DNA of 64,000 nt, from the NCBI GenBank assembly GCA_046563655.1, contig CM102288.1, forward strand, positions 5,270,001 through 5,334,000, read 5' to 3'. Position 1 is the first letter of the stretch, and every line of letters begins with the position of its first letter. A model generated the notes under the pieces. It had not been told where the DNA came from, made no database searches, and saw nothing but the letters and a program-made list of their open reading frames with translations. Shown piece after piece: positions 36,546 to 49,411 of this stretch. The translations under genes and the position numbers were made by a program. The stretch comes from Yuukianura sp. NJ FZ-2021. Lineage: Eukaryota.

Positions 36546-38822
36546 TTAGCGAGGTTTGACTGACAGAAACAGTTTTCCACCGTCAGGTTTGAAACCAGAA
36601 GTTTTCGAATACTTCATGGGAATTGGCGTTTTTGCGGTTGGTTCAAGCTGGAAGTTCAAAACTAAGTGAGCAATTGCAGCTTTTGCTTCTGCAAGAGCGA
36701 AACGCATGGCGATGCAGTTTCTAGGTCCAACACCTAAAATTTTAAACGACGAAATTAATATTTAACTAACATTTTTGAATTGTTTTTTGAAAAACTGAAA
36801 TTTTGTTTCGAAATTTGAATTTTTTGAATGAACTATACCAAATGGCATGTAGGCGTAAGGATTTCGAGCGGCCTTGGCTTCCGCAGAAAATCTTTCCGGG
36901 TCAAATTTTTCTGGATCAGGATAGTACTCTAAAAAACAAAATTTCATTAAATTAAAACTTTAATTCATTAAAAAATTCAATTAAAAGTCGGTTCAAATGT
37001 TTAGAAAACTATGAACTACCTTATAATTACAATTCCAATTACTGTAATTACTGTAATTATAATTACCCGAATCATGGTGAATTCCGTAAACTTGGGCTAC
37101 TACAGCAACACCTTTGTCCACAACGACGTCTGAGTTTGGTAGTTTGTAAGGTCGTGCAGTAATCCGTTCTGTCCTGACTCCTGGCGGATACTTGCGCAGT
37201 ACTTCTGAAACGACTTTGTCCAAATACTCGATTTTCATAATCAAATCATGATCCAATTTCCCACCGTTGGATTCACTCGCATCACGAATCTCTTCGTACA
37301 ACTTCGTCTGAATTTCAGGATGAACTGCTAATTCATACGAAGCAAAAAGCAGTACAGTCTCGACCGTGTCAAATCCAGCAAAGAAAAACAACAAACTTTG
37401 GGACAAAATGAGATCCTCAGTTAGTTTCACTTTGTTGCTTGATTTTGCGAGTTCTTCCGAAACCATTTCGTCAATTTCCGTCTCTTCCTTGGCTTGTTGA
37501 TTCTTTGCTTCAATCATCAACTGCAAAAAGTCATCTCGAACTTCCCCAGTTGCCTCGCGGTGTTTAATAGCTTTTCGAGTAACCTCGGCAAAAAAAGTTG
37601 TAGACTTTTTGTCGCTCACGGAAACTCCAAAATATGCAAACACTTTTGGAAATAGGAGCATTGCGAACAAAAGGAATATGCGTGGAATTGAAACTGTCTG
37701 AAGCCGTTTGGCCATTTTGCAAAACTCGGAGTCCGTTTCTCCAAAATTTTGACTGTCCAATCCAAAAGCAGCGGAAGAAATGACATCCAAGGTGTAGCGT
37801 GTGAAAATGTCACGCACTTCTAGTTCTGTTTCCCCTTTCTCAACTTTGTTCTTAATAAATTCCGCCATTTTGTTGGAAGATGAACCGAAAACGTCAAACA
37901 TTCTACGAATTTTCCCAGTAGTGAAAGTTGGACTCATGCTTGACCTAGAAAAAATAAAAAATTAATCAAGGAAGAGGCTTCAAGGTTCCTTGACGACGAA
38001 AAGTTAATTTTGTTTAACAGGTTGGGTACTACCTCGCTTGCTGGCAAATAAACGAAAAAAGTAGTCCCAATTTAGTACCAATCCAAAAAAATTTATACCA
38101 ATTCGTATGCAAAATTAAAAAAATTGCTTATTGCTATGACTAGGATGCCTTGGAATAAAAGTGGAAAATTTTTGGCAAAATCAAAGAAAACATGAAGTAT
38201 TACCCAACCTTTCAAAGATAAGTAACAAATCAACAAACCTTGGAGTGGCCAAGCTCAAAGGTCACGAGGTCAGCTAGCATACGCTATTGTTAGGTTAATA
38301 AAAATTGCATTACCTCATGTCTTTCCATTCTTGATCTTTGAGATTGATCAACATTTTGTGAAAAAGTGGGTCCGATTTGGAAAAATCAAAAAGTTGTCTC
38401 CGATTCACAAAATAGTCAAAATCTTTCACCTTTGCGTTGAAAAAACAGAAGAAAATTAGAAATTTTCTAAATTTTAGTGTTTCAAAAATAATATATTTTT
38501 TTTTCATTTCTTATGTCCAATTTACCATAACGTGCTTGATCATGTCCAAATCCATAATGTAGAGACTTGGACTTCTGAATTCAATGACCCCGGCATACCG
38601 TTCACCCGTTCGTTTCAATTCATCGTACATCAGGCGTTCAATGATGTGAAACGGATTTTTGAATGTGAGGCGATCATACAATGACATGACTTTTGAATGT
38701 TCCAGGAAAAAGATTCCTCGAGATGGCCAGTATTTCCTGTCTCCACCGGAGTACTGCCATAAGGCATACACTGCCCCGCCAAGTAGAGCCACCACAATTA
38801 GAACCCACCAGACCCACCACAT
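36546..38822 (-). CDS. Cytochrome P450, clan 3 (more distant paralogue)
   Basis: Exons 38822-38526, 38429-38314, 37944-37067, 36928-36839, 36733-36546. [26 protein letters not shown]. Confidence 0.93.
37981..38242. mobile_element. hAT-like MITE in CYP intron 2
   Basis: CAAGGTTCCTTGA...TCAACAAACCTTG ends, inverted subterminal AGGTTGGGTACTAC/GTATTACCCAACCT, colinear with 49170-49411. Confidence 0.7.
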
Positions 38823-41379
38823 TTTTCTTTTGTTCTTTACTGTACAGTGGTCAAATAGAAACTGGTATTTATATTTTAAGTTCTAACGGTTAGGTTTGGT
38901 TTCTGCCTCTGTTCGTTTTTTTGCTCAATTGAGTCACTCCGTGTTAAATTTCCGTCCTCCTCAACAAATCCATACGTAGATAACCTTGAGTTTTATTTTT
39001 GTGTTAAAGTTTTTTATGAAGTTATGCTTTTAGAGTGGACTGGAACCACAGAATATTGACCAAAAAAGTTCACATGCAATTAACAGTGTGTGTTGAGTCA
39101 GAGAGTCCTGGAAGATATATCTATCTTTATAGAGTCCTGCCTACATTGTTCTGGAAAAACACTTCAATTCAAATCGTTCTTTTGCGAAAAATTATCACTT
39201 TATGCAATTATATGATAAAACTGCTAATAACTTTGTTCTTTCTAGAAAAAGTTTTTACAAGCTGAACTTAAAGAAGGCAGTAAGCGAGTCTGGCCTACGC
39301 CGTACATTCAAAAATCTAAAAACGTCAAACTTTTTTGACGCCAAAATTGAAATAAGTTGTCGTATTGGATTTATGTTTAGTTAATTAGTTAATTACTTAT
39401 TAGTTTGGTTTGTACTCTTAGCCAGCTGAAAGTAATCAAATGAACTATGACGATTGTGACTATATGACATATTATTGGCAACGTCTGAGTTAGATATTTG
39501 TATATATTCTGAAAACGACTTTTTTCGTTTTTATAATTTAAAAAAAAATGAAAATGGATTCAAGTTTTCTAGAAAGAGCCAAAGTTGATGGAAGTAAGGA
39601 TTATTGGAGAAGTAAATACGACGGGGAAGTCTGTTGTGTGTCCTCCACTTCAATTGGGATTTTGACTTTTTGGAAGTTTTTTTTCAAAAGACAGAAAGCA
39701 AGTAGCAGGAGGAAGAAGGAAAATAACCATAATCCCCACGACCTCTTACTTTCACTTGCTTTTTAGAAGAAAGACGAAATGAGGTCACGGGGGTCATGGA
39801 AACTATTATAGTGACATTTGTCTTCATTTCCTGCTGTCTCGAACTCACGAGAGGTCACAGACAAAAGTGACAATGATGGAAACCTTGTCAAAAATATACT
39901 TTCTCTACATACTTTCACTTTTTTTAAACGGATCGTAAGAATGGTCTTAGCAGCTACTGATCTGCGTCACACGTTATGTGCTCAATTGCATACACAGAAC
40001 GCTTTTTTGAAATTTTTTTGTTGAAAAATTCAGAATTTTGGAAAATTCGAAACAGTGTTTGTAGCTTTTTGTCAAATTCGTCAGATTTTTGTTGTTGCTC
40101 TTTCGAAAATTAGGTTTTCTGAGTAACTAAAAAGCCTATCATACTTCATCATGACTCTAAATTTGAAATGAACACGCATCACATTAGTTTAGGCCCATGC
40201 TGAATTTGTCAGCGTGACAGGATGTGAACAGAAGATGACACTTTTTCTCTTCTTTTTCTCCAGTTATGTTGAAACCTAAGCTAAAGTTGAACCTTATGCA
40301 CTGACACTGCCAGCCATACTTCCAATGACACTTCCATGTCTGCCCAAACACGAAAAAAGTAGTCGAAGAAAACACATTCCACCAACTTGCAACATTTACA
40401 TAAAAAATAAACTTCAAAGTTTCCCTCTTACACACATTAAGTCCAAAGGGAAATGCCACTTTCCAAACCTACTTTTTAAACAGAAAGCATATGCTGCTAC
40501 ACTGCTGCGATCACAAAACTTTTGCATTTCAAAATTTGAACAAATTTTTTAAGTTGTAAAATTTTACAGTTCCTACTTTACTACCAATAGAATTCCACAA
40601 TATACGTGTAACTACTTTTCAAAATATTGGTTCATTTTTTTCAAATTCCAACTTCAACATTCGATTTTGATATTTTTTTCAGGTCTGTTCTAAAAACCAT
40701 GTAAAAATTTCAAAAATTTTGTGTGCACTTGAGCGAGTGTTATCCTGACTGACAAAATATTAAAGTCTTTTGAGGGATCACCTTTTCCCATCATGTTCTA
40801 AAGCTTCTTTTTTCAAAAACGCGGGCTTTTTTTATAACTATTTTTTTAAATGGCGTTTTCCTTTCAAAAAATGGAGCTTTCCTTTCAAAAATGAAGTTTT
40901 GGTGCCACGGGGAAGAGAAAGCGCCTGGAGAAAGCATTTCCCACTTTCCAATCCCCCCATCATCTCCCAGGTTCTCCTGACGACAAGTGAAGAGGGATGA
41001 TGATTATGGTGTGCCATTAGCTTTTCACTAGGATTTTAATGGCTTTTTCCGTAGGTTACAAAGGAAGATCCTGTAAGTAGGGCAGGGACAAGAATTTCAA
41101 CGCAAATCCTGTCCCCTGGCTATCTCCACCCAAATTCCATGTTTTCTTCAACAACCGGCATTACTTCAACTGTGCAGAGCTTCTTTTTGAAAAAGGGATT
41201 CCGAGGAAGAAAGTGTTTCAAATGACAATAGTAATAACCTTCTGGGTTTAGTGGAAATTCATAGTACAATGGGAAATGTGCACAAAAGAGCTGCACATTT
41301 CTTTGAATTTTCGTACTTTGCGTAACAAAAATGGACTTTGAGTTTAAAAAAATCCATTTCTTGTTTAAAAAGTTCGCTC

Positions 41380-41529
41380 TGTATAAAAATTCCAAACAGT
41401 ATAAACACTTCCGATCACTGTAAACGATTCCGATCAGTATAAACAATTCCGATCACTGTAAACATTTCCGATCAGTGTAGACAAAATTCCCATCAGCAAT
41501 TCCGATCAGTGTAGCGAAGTTTCTGATCA
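41380..41529. repeat. 19-bp minisatellite (TAAACAATTCCGATCAGTG-like), about 4 good and 3 degenerate units
   Basis: Recurring TTCCGATCA at 19-bp spacing. Confidence 0.85.
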
Positions 41530-42466
41530 AATTCACTCGGCTTTCAAAAATTTCTTGCTACATGTAAACAAAAGTTAAGAATCCTTAAAAACTTTTTCAA
41601 AACAGAAGCATGATGCAACATTTGCGTTTAAAAGTTTTGATCGAATTTGTGAAATTTTGCAGTGAAACTTGAAAAATTTGGTTAATGCTAAATTTAGCAA
41701 AGGAAAAAAAGTCACCAACCGTAAAGGCATCCACCCTTAGCGGCTTCTGTGTAAAATTTTGTTTTGTATAATAGCATCACCTAAAAGTTAAAAGTCTCTA
41801 AAACTTGTTCTAAAGTGAAGGAAATGCAACTTTATGGGTTTCAAAACTCTTTTAAACAGGCAATTTTGCAGTGAAAGCTTAGAAGTTAGGGTAGTAGGTT
41901 GACAGAAACCTGAAAAAGTAAAAAATGTGTCACGCTCATGCGCTGAGAGTGTCAATGCGTTATCGACTCCTAGAGTCTCTGCATGGTGCCAATTCGTCAA
42001 GATTAGGGTTTTGGCTTGAAAGTGAAAGCTGGTAAGATTTCTTTTCGAGTGACAGAGTTCTCCAGAGCCTCCAGGCACTTCCTGAAGTGGGCTATACATC
42101 AATCCAACAGTGTCCAAGTCCAGGAAGTGTCTAAAAAGTTCAATTTCAACAAGATCACATTGTGATCAAGAGAAACTAGCCTGGAGGATGTACAGACAAG
42201 CCAATTGAGCCAAATTCATCAACATTTTCTTTTTAGAAAGCAAACAGGCACAAGCCAACCCTTAACCTAAACGAACAACGTAAAAACCTTGGACAAAGAA
42301 ACGTCAGTTTCTGCTGCTGCGATTCACTTGACCTTTCTTAAGGTCACTTCTCATCAACGTCTTCATGATTCAATGTCTAACTGTGCTTCCAGAACCAAGC
42401 GGATCCTCAGAAATAAAGCAGAGTCAGTTGTCTAAGAAGATTTCTAGAATTTTAGGATCTAGGTGT

Positions 42467-42521
42467 TGGATTGTGGATTCCAGTTTCTGGATTGTGGATT
42501 CCAGTTTCTGGATTGTGGATT
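42467..42521. repeat. 21-bp tandem repeat x2.6
   Basis: TGGATTGTGGATTCCAGTTTC repeated. Confidence 0.9.
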
Positions 42522-44253
42522 ATGGAACGAGAGAGGCTGACCCTGCTTTGTTCTGTGGCCATTGTTCTTAGTTAACTTCATTGGGGAAAAGGCGTGCCTA
42601 GAGCCATGGTCCACAAGAGAAAGTCCAAGTTGCTTTCCGTCTCTATGATAAATTGCTTTCCTTTTCCTCCAGGAGAAAGTCCGTTCAAAGTTAAAAACAC
42701 TTATCCACATATACTTATAAAACTATACACACATACATTCTATATTTGTACACATGTATGCATAGGTTGGTTGCATTTGTAGCAGAAGAATAAAAAGCGG
42801 AAGGATTTGAAGCTCGAGAGCACAGGCACAAGGAAAGCGAGTACTGGAATTCCTTTTTCATCTCTTAATTCATTACTTTCCTCATAAATTTCACAAAATA
42901 CTAAATTCTCTTTACTTCAACTTTCGAATTAAAAACTACCTCAACTTTTTTCAACTCAAGTGTTTTACTAATAAGTTCTTATTTACAATAAACACTTTCA
43001 CTCTATTCTACTAAGGTTAATTAATTTAGTTTAACCTAGGCTTACAAAAGAAACTTTCAAAAAATGATGAAAAGTGCACTTCAAAGAAAAAAATGGAGAA
43101 CAGAAAAAAAATTTTACCTCACCTAGCATTTAACCCAAGTTTTCAAAAAACGAAACTTATATAGTACATATAGATTACAAAAAAAAATGTTTTCAAAATT
43201 TCGTTGTTTGTTGGTTTTGTTTCGCTTTAAATTTCGCGTTTCACATTTCATTTCACATTAAAAAAAAACAGTTTTAATTCCTGTTTTATTTTGCGAAGTA
43301 GTTTCAATTAATCTTCCGCCAGTTTTAGCTTTAATTGAATTTCGTCCAATCCAAACCGTATTCCGGATAAAGATGATAAATTACCTCATCAACACTGAGA
43401 ATTTAGCATCACACTTTATGCAACAAAACAGACCAAGGATTGTGATTGATTGAGCGAATAGCATTCGTCTGATCAGAGTAGCGAAGATTCCTGAATTGCA
43501 AATTTTAGCATACTTTTAGCATACGCTGCAAATCATCGCCTAAGTCTCTAAACAGGTTTAGATATTGTAAGGTTAAGTTGTTCGTTTTTAATATGATTAA
43601 AACCAAATAGTGTGAATGAGTCGTGCAAAGTGGATTTCTACAATTGAGAAATCCTCTTTTTTGTGTCATTTTGGACCGCGTGAAAGTGTTTTGATGATGA
43701 ATGAGTTTGCACAGAAGCAAAGTGAAAGCCGGGTTTTGAAACTTTTGCTAGCTAGGCGCCCAAAACCTGAAATTTGGAGTTCCATTTGTTTTGGAATATG
43801 AAAGGAAACGGTAGCAGAGAGGGATGAGATGCGTTATGTGAAAGTGGATTCGGAAAAGTTTTGTTGTCTCTCCTGATGATAGTAATCATGATTAATATTT
43901 TGGAAATGGAGATTTGAGTCGACGTGGGCTTTTTGGAAAAAGGGATTTTGGTGAAACGAAAATGCAAAATTCATTCAGAGCCTAATGCCTTTCCTTCCAT
44001 CCCATCCAATGGAATCATAATTTGTCAATGATCGAGTCAATTAATTACAATGGGTTTGACAGGACGAAGGCTTGTCCTCACCACAATGCTTTCTCCTCGT
44101 TAGTTAGGTTTATGTTAGGTTAGGTTTTTGGAAAATACCATTAGGTTTACATTAGGTTTTTGGGTGTTTGGAGTGTTGGATTGGTAGCTACAGGCGGAGG
44201 GAATTAGGAACTGATTGGATTGGTTTGTGGTACCATTAGGTTGGAGAGGAGGT

Positions 44254-44285
44254 GGGGAGGGAGTGGGGGGAGTGGGGGGTGGGGG
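44254..44285 (+). other. Potential G-quadruplex
   Basis: GGGG A GGG AGT GGGGGG AGT GGGGGG T GGGGG. Confidence 0.6.
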
Positions 44286-47200
44286 TGCGGAGCTTAGTTG
44301 TATCCTGATGACATGATGATGATAGGATTCTCATGTGTGAGAGGCTTGTTCGTCTTATAGTATGAAGATTAGTATGCGTAATATCTCTTTTCCTTTGTTT
44401 ACCACCATACACATAACTTTTCAGGAGCCTTGATTTAATATAAATGAATTATGACACATTATAGTTATGTTTATATTTTACAAAATTTATAGTTTTTATC
44501 ATTGTTTGGGCTAGTAAGCCGGGAAAACTCGTTTGGAAACAGTACGGGCGCAGGAATCGAACCAGCGTCAGTTCAATTCCAGATACTCGCTCTGACCGCT
44601 CAACCAGCGAGCGGTGAACTACTAAGCATTCCAATCCAACTTCCAATGAAAATTTTTACAGGACTTTTAGCTGCTAAAATGCAAAAAACGGAGTAAAAGT
44701 AGAAAAATGTGACGGCGGGAAAAAATTTTTCTCGCGCGTGTAATGAAAATAATTTCGACGAAAAACTTACAGCATGGCACGAAATTGAATTTTAGTTTTT
44801 TTTTGTACAAAGGAAATGGCGAAACATGATGCATAAAATCTTCTCAACATTTCTTCTCTCTTTTACATTTTTTTCAATCTCCTTTTTTTGCGTAACATGA
44901 TTTGAATTGAAAAAAGTACAAAGAGACTCTGGAATTTTAGCATTTTGCAAACCAAGAAAAAAATTCTCTTTTTTTTTAAATAAGAAATAAAGTCCTTTGC
45001 GAATTTGAAGCCACGCTGCTCTGAAGTTGCCTTAAATGCAAAGCGTATTCTTCTTTTCTCTTATTTTACTGCACGTACTTACATGTACCAAAGCAAGCTG
45101 CAGCTCAACTCCCATTTTGCACATAAAAATCCAGTGTAAGGAGAGACGAAAGAAAGTCTCGTCCTCTTTCTTTCATTTATTCCTTCCAAAAACGCACGGG
45201 TTCGAGCCCCACAGCCTTCCCTCAGAAAAAAAAAGTTTCCTGGTTTTCCCTTTGGATTTTCCAAGTTTAGTCTTTCCTTTCAGTTGAGCAGCTCCGACAG
45301 CAGCCTCTGCGACGCAAGTCCTCAAAGGCTCCTGATCTGCTCTAAGCTGCACCAGCATCGCTGCAGAAAGTGCTGCTTTCACTCCAGTCCTCTCCAGCTT
45401 CAGCTCCACGAAGGAACACTTTGCTTTTGTTCTGCTCAAACCCCAAGTGACTTCCAAATAGCCATTAACTCACCACCACCAATGTGAAAACACTCTGCAC
45501 GTTCAGTTTCCCTTTCGATTTTTCCCGCCAAAAGTGAAATCTTAGAGAGAGTGAAATTTAGAGGGAAGTGTACAGGAAAAGTTAAGAGAGAGTTTAAATT
45601 GAGAAGATGCAGACGTGCGTTTCAAGTGGAGTTGAACTCAAACGTGGTGCTCAGTGTCGCGAAACGGTTTTGTTAGACTAACTTTTTAGTACGTTGTTTT
45701 TAAGATTAGTGAAACTGTTTGTGAATTGCCTGACTTAAAAACTTAACTTAATCCTAGCCTAACACAATGGAAATTCTGTGCAGTTCGAATTGAAAACTTT
45801 CTGTCGTGTCACAAAGTAGAGTTCCATTTCGATGAGAGACACTTGAATGGAGGCTTGCGAAGAGCCACTTTCTCCACTCAACTTTCACTTTAGTTGTAAA
45901 ATGGAACTTGGTTTATGCAGTTAGGCTAACGTAACCTAACATAAGAGTTCCTGAAACTGTTGAACTACAAATTTTGAATGACGGAATTCACGTGACACGT
46001 TTTCTCTCTTTCGAATTTTCTGGAAAAAAGTTTCAAAAGAATTTTGAAAGTGAAAAAGTGCGTATTTTATAAACTTGGATCACTCACAACTCATGTAAGT
46101 CGGCCAATTTTTGTTGGATTCTTTTTTTTTTTTTTTACAAAAAAAATGTTTTCTAGAAAACTTTTACTTCTATACTTTCACTTTTACGGGAAAAAAGAGT
46201 TAGTGGATGAACTTTATCTCGTGAAGCGATGAGTAAATTTGTGCAGTAAATTTGAGATTAGGTTAAGGTAGACTAGCCTAACCTGATTCTAGGCTCTAAC
46301 ATAATAACCTAACTAATTATTAATGGTAGGTTTTCGTCATATGGTTTACGTCGTGCAGTGCCTTCCCTTCAGGGTATAAAGGCTAATCCTCTCCCGAAAC
46401 AAGAAACCGCCAAAAAACTTTGTTCTTTCAAAATTTCTATTCAGAGATGAAACTCTTTTCGTCCGATGAGAAACAAAGTCTTAACTTTTGGCGCTTTTCG
46501 CTCCTTTCATTTTCTTCATCTCCCTTGCGAAAGTTTTTCCTCAATTTTTTTCAAAAATTAAATTTCCTGAAATTTTTTTTTTTAAATTAAGCTTATTTAG
46601 CCTTTCTTCCAAAACCGAGATCGTCCACAATCGTCCACTCTTGAAAACCGGGAAAGGCTTAATTTAACTAAACTCTTCAAAAAAAAACTGAACAATTTTG
46701 TAACTATGACTGTTGAACTGTAAAAGTAAATGAGGAAAAGTATCTCTTGTGAGACTTCTTCTTCAAAAATTTTTTGAAAAAGTAACGAAGCGAAAGCAAA
46801 GAAAGCTGTGGGTTTTTGAAAAATTTTGCCGAATACAATGACGTGACAAAGAATTAAATGTAGCAAAATTTGTCAACAGAAAAGCGACACGAAAAGAAGC
46901 AGCGAAAAAGTGGAGTTGACAGAGCTGACAAGAACCTCGTGCAAGTTGGATTTCACGTAACACAGAGAATGTAGCGTCGGAATTCCAATTGGAAGTTAAG
47001 TTAAGAAACCTCAGTTAGGTTAAGTTGAAAGAAGTGTTGCTTTCTTGAAATTCCCGCTTTCAACTTAACTTAACTGCAGAAGGAAACCAAACATCCCAGG
47101 ATTGTAAAAGTGGATGGATGAAGATGAATATTTAATTCACAAAGAAAGCCATTCTGTCCATTCCCGTGCTGAGTTCATAACGACCCACTCTCAACCCAGC

Positions 47201-49169
47201 AGCTATGCTCTTAACTCATTGAAATCTCCACAAACACTTTCACTTTCCAACAAACGCACTTAAACCTTCCAGTCTAACCTAAAATAACCTTAGTCTAACC
47301 TAAGAAAGTAGAATTGGGACTTACTTACAACGATACTCTTCTGTCACTTAGCCTAATTCTACACTTTCCTTTTAAAACAACGCTAACTTCATTATTCACA
47401 TTTTCTACTCGAGAGAAAGTCAACTGGGACCACTCTAACGTCGTTTCACCTCTTAGCTTCATGGAAAATGATAATTGAATGCTGTCGTTTCGTCTCCAAA
47501 CGACACGAGTCAACTCTAGTTCTCTAGTGTTTTCAAATTTAAAAAAAAATTCTAAGATTCAGATTTTAATTTTTTTCTTTAAATAAAAAAAGCTTTTTAA
47601 ATAATTTCACAGCATGGACGCTTTTCTGAGCAAAAACCTTTTAAAATAGACTGAATTATAATGAAAAACGCAAAAAGCTTTTTTTTTTTAAATATGAAAA
47701 AGTCTATTAAACAATTTATAAGCACTTTTGCGAATGTAAAATCTTTGTAGATTTAAAACATTAATTTTTAAAATTAGAACAAGCGACTTTTTATGAAAAG
47801 TCGAACATTGTTTAAACTAAAAAAAGAATGTCTGATCAAAACTTGTCTAAAAAAAATCATGTTTCTTCTGCGACTTTTTTTGCAGTGTTTTTCGAGTTCC
47901 AATATAATGACATTGAGATGAAAGGAATTTTTCTGTGTCTATTTTGGGGACATTGGAATTGCATGGGATATTGAAATTTGAAAATTCTGGACGTTGATTC
48001 ATTTCGGTTGGAGAAAGTGTATTTGGCTTCCAAAAAAAAAGAGCGGAAACGAAAAACTTTTTGTTGATGAGAGTTGAAGAATTTTGTAGGCGAGGCAGGC
48101 GTCCGCCTTCAATCAAATTATATTTTATTGTACAACTTTCTTTCTCTTTACGAAGAGAAAGTAAAAGAAAGTGAGGTAAAGAGGAAACATTTTTTGTAGT
48201 GAGGAGACTGACTGCAAGTCTTCTGGATTTGTGGGCCATCAAGTCTTAGGCCCATTTCAAATTTACATTTCATAAAAAAGAGAAAGTTGCGTAGAAGAAC
48301 CAAGCTCAAGTCAGTGGCATCAAAATTTGTTCAGTTCAATCATAAAAATTGTCCTATGTAAGGCTTCATATGAAAAGAAGATTATAGTCTTCTTTGAACA
48401 TGAAAAAAAAAAACCTTTTTGTGGAAACGTCGCTGCCTTTCATGTTTCAAATTTTTAAACCAAAACGGGAAATATTCAATTTCCGCTTTACAACTTTTAA
48501 TTTTGAAAGGCAGTATGATCTTTTCTTTAAGAAGGAGAAAGTTAGGATATTTTTTTTGCATTTTAACTTAAACTTTTCACAGTTTAGAAGAAAATTTGCA
48601 CGTTGGGAGAAGAATTTTCAACACTAAAAGTCGGTGCTCCACTTTTGATTTTTAATGAGGTGTTCTGATAAAAAAAAAACAAGGTTGTGATTCAGTTTAG
48701 GTTGACTTTACATATTTGAAACTTTTGAACTTTTGGAGAAAAAAAAAGTGACTTCAAATGGTTTTATTTTTTTCGCACCAAATAATGAAAGTGTTTTCGC
48801 AAAATCATACGGTGAAAATGATATCATTTCTTGGGTGAAGAAAAGACTTTGTTAAGGGTTTTGTTTTGAAGTACAAAGGAAGTTGAGTTTGCTTTTGCGT
48901 TCCTCGTGGGGCTCGTGGGGCTTTGGTTAGGTGGGACTCGTGGGATCTAATCTAATCTTTCCTTTCTCTTTCTTCCCCGCCCGTGTAATGCCATCATCAT
49001 TAGAATCTTACCTCTGTTGGACCCCTCCAGGAAAACTACAATGGAGTTTCACAGTTCCACTATCACTTTCTTTTCTTCTCACTTTCTCAGTTTAGCCACG
49101 ATCCCAAGAGTGAATGCCTCGAATATGAATTTTTGGCGGGAAGAAGGCTAGGGAAGAGATGGTGGCTAC

Positions 49170-49411
49170 CAAGGTTCCTTGACAACAAGAAATGAATTTT
49201 CTTTAACAGGTTGAGTACTACCTCACTTGTTAACAAAAAAAATGGTACTAATTCAATAAAGTGGTACCAAAATTCGTATGCAAAATTTAAAAAGTTCGGC
49301 TGTATTTTTATGACTACGATACCATGAAATGAAACATCCTCTTTTTTTTTGCAGAATCGAAGAAATAAGGTATTACTCAACCTGCAAAAAAATCAAAGTC
49401 ACCAAACCTTG
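49170..49411. mobile_element. hAT-like MITE
   Basis: CAAGGTTCCTTGAC...GTCACCAAACCTTG, 8-bp flanks GTGGCTAC / ATGGCTGC, homologous to 37981-38242. Confidence 0.7.

Noticed and set aside
45173..45487. GC-richer patch with overlapping ORFs
   Set aside because: Could be an exon, but no frame gives a recognisable product or partner exons.
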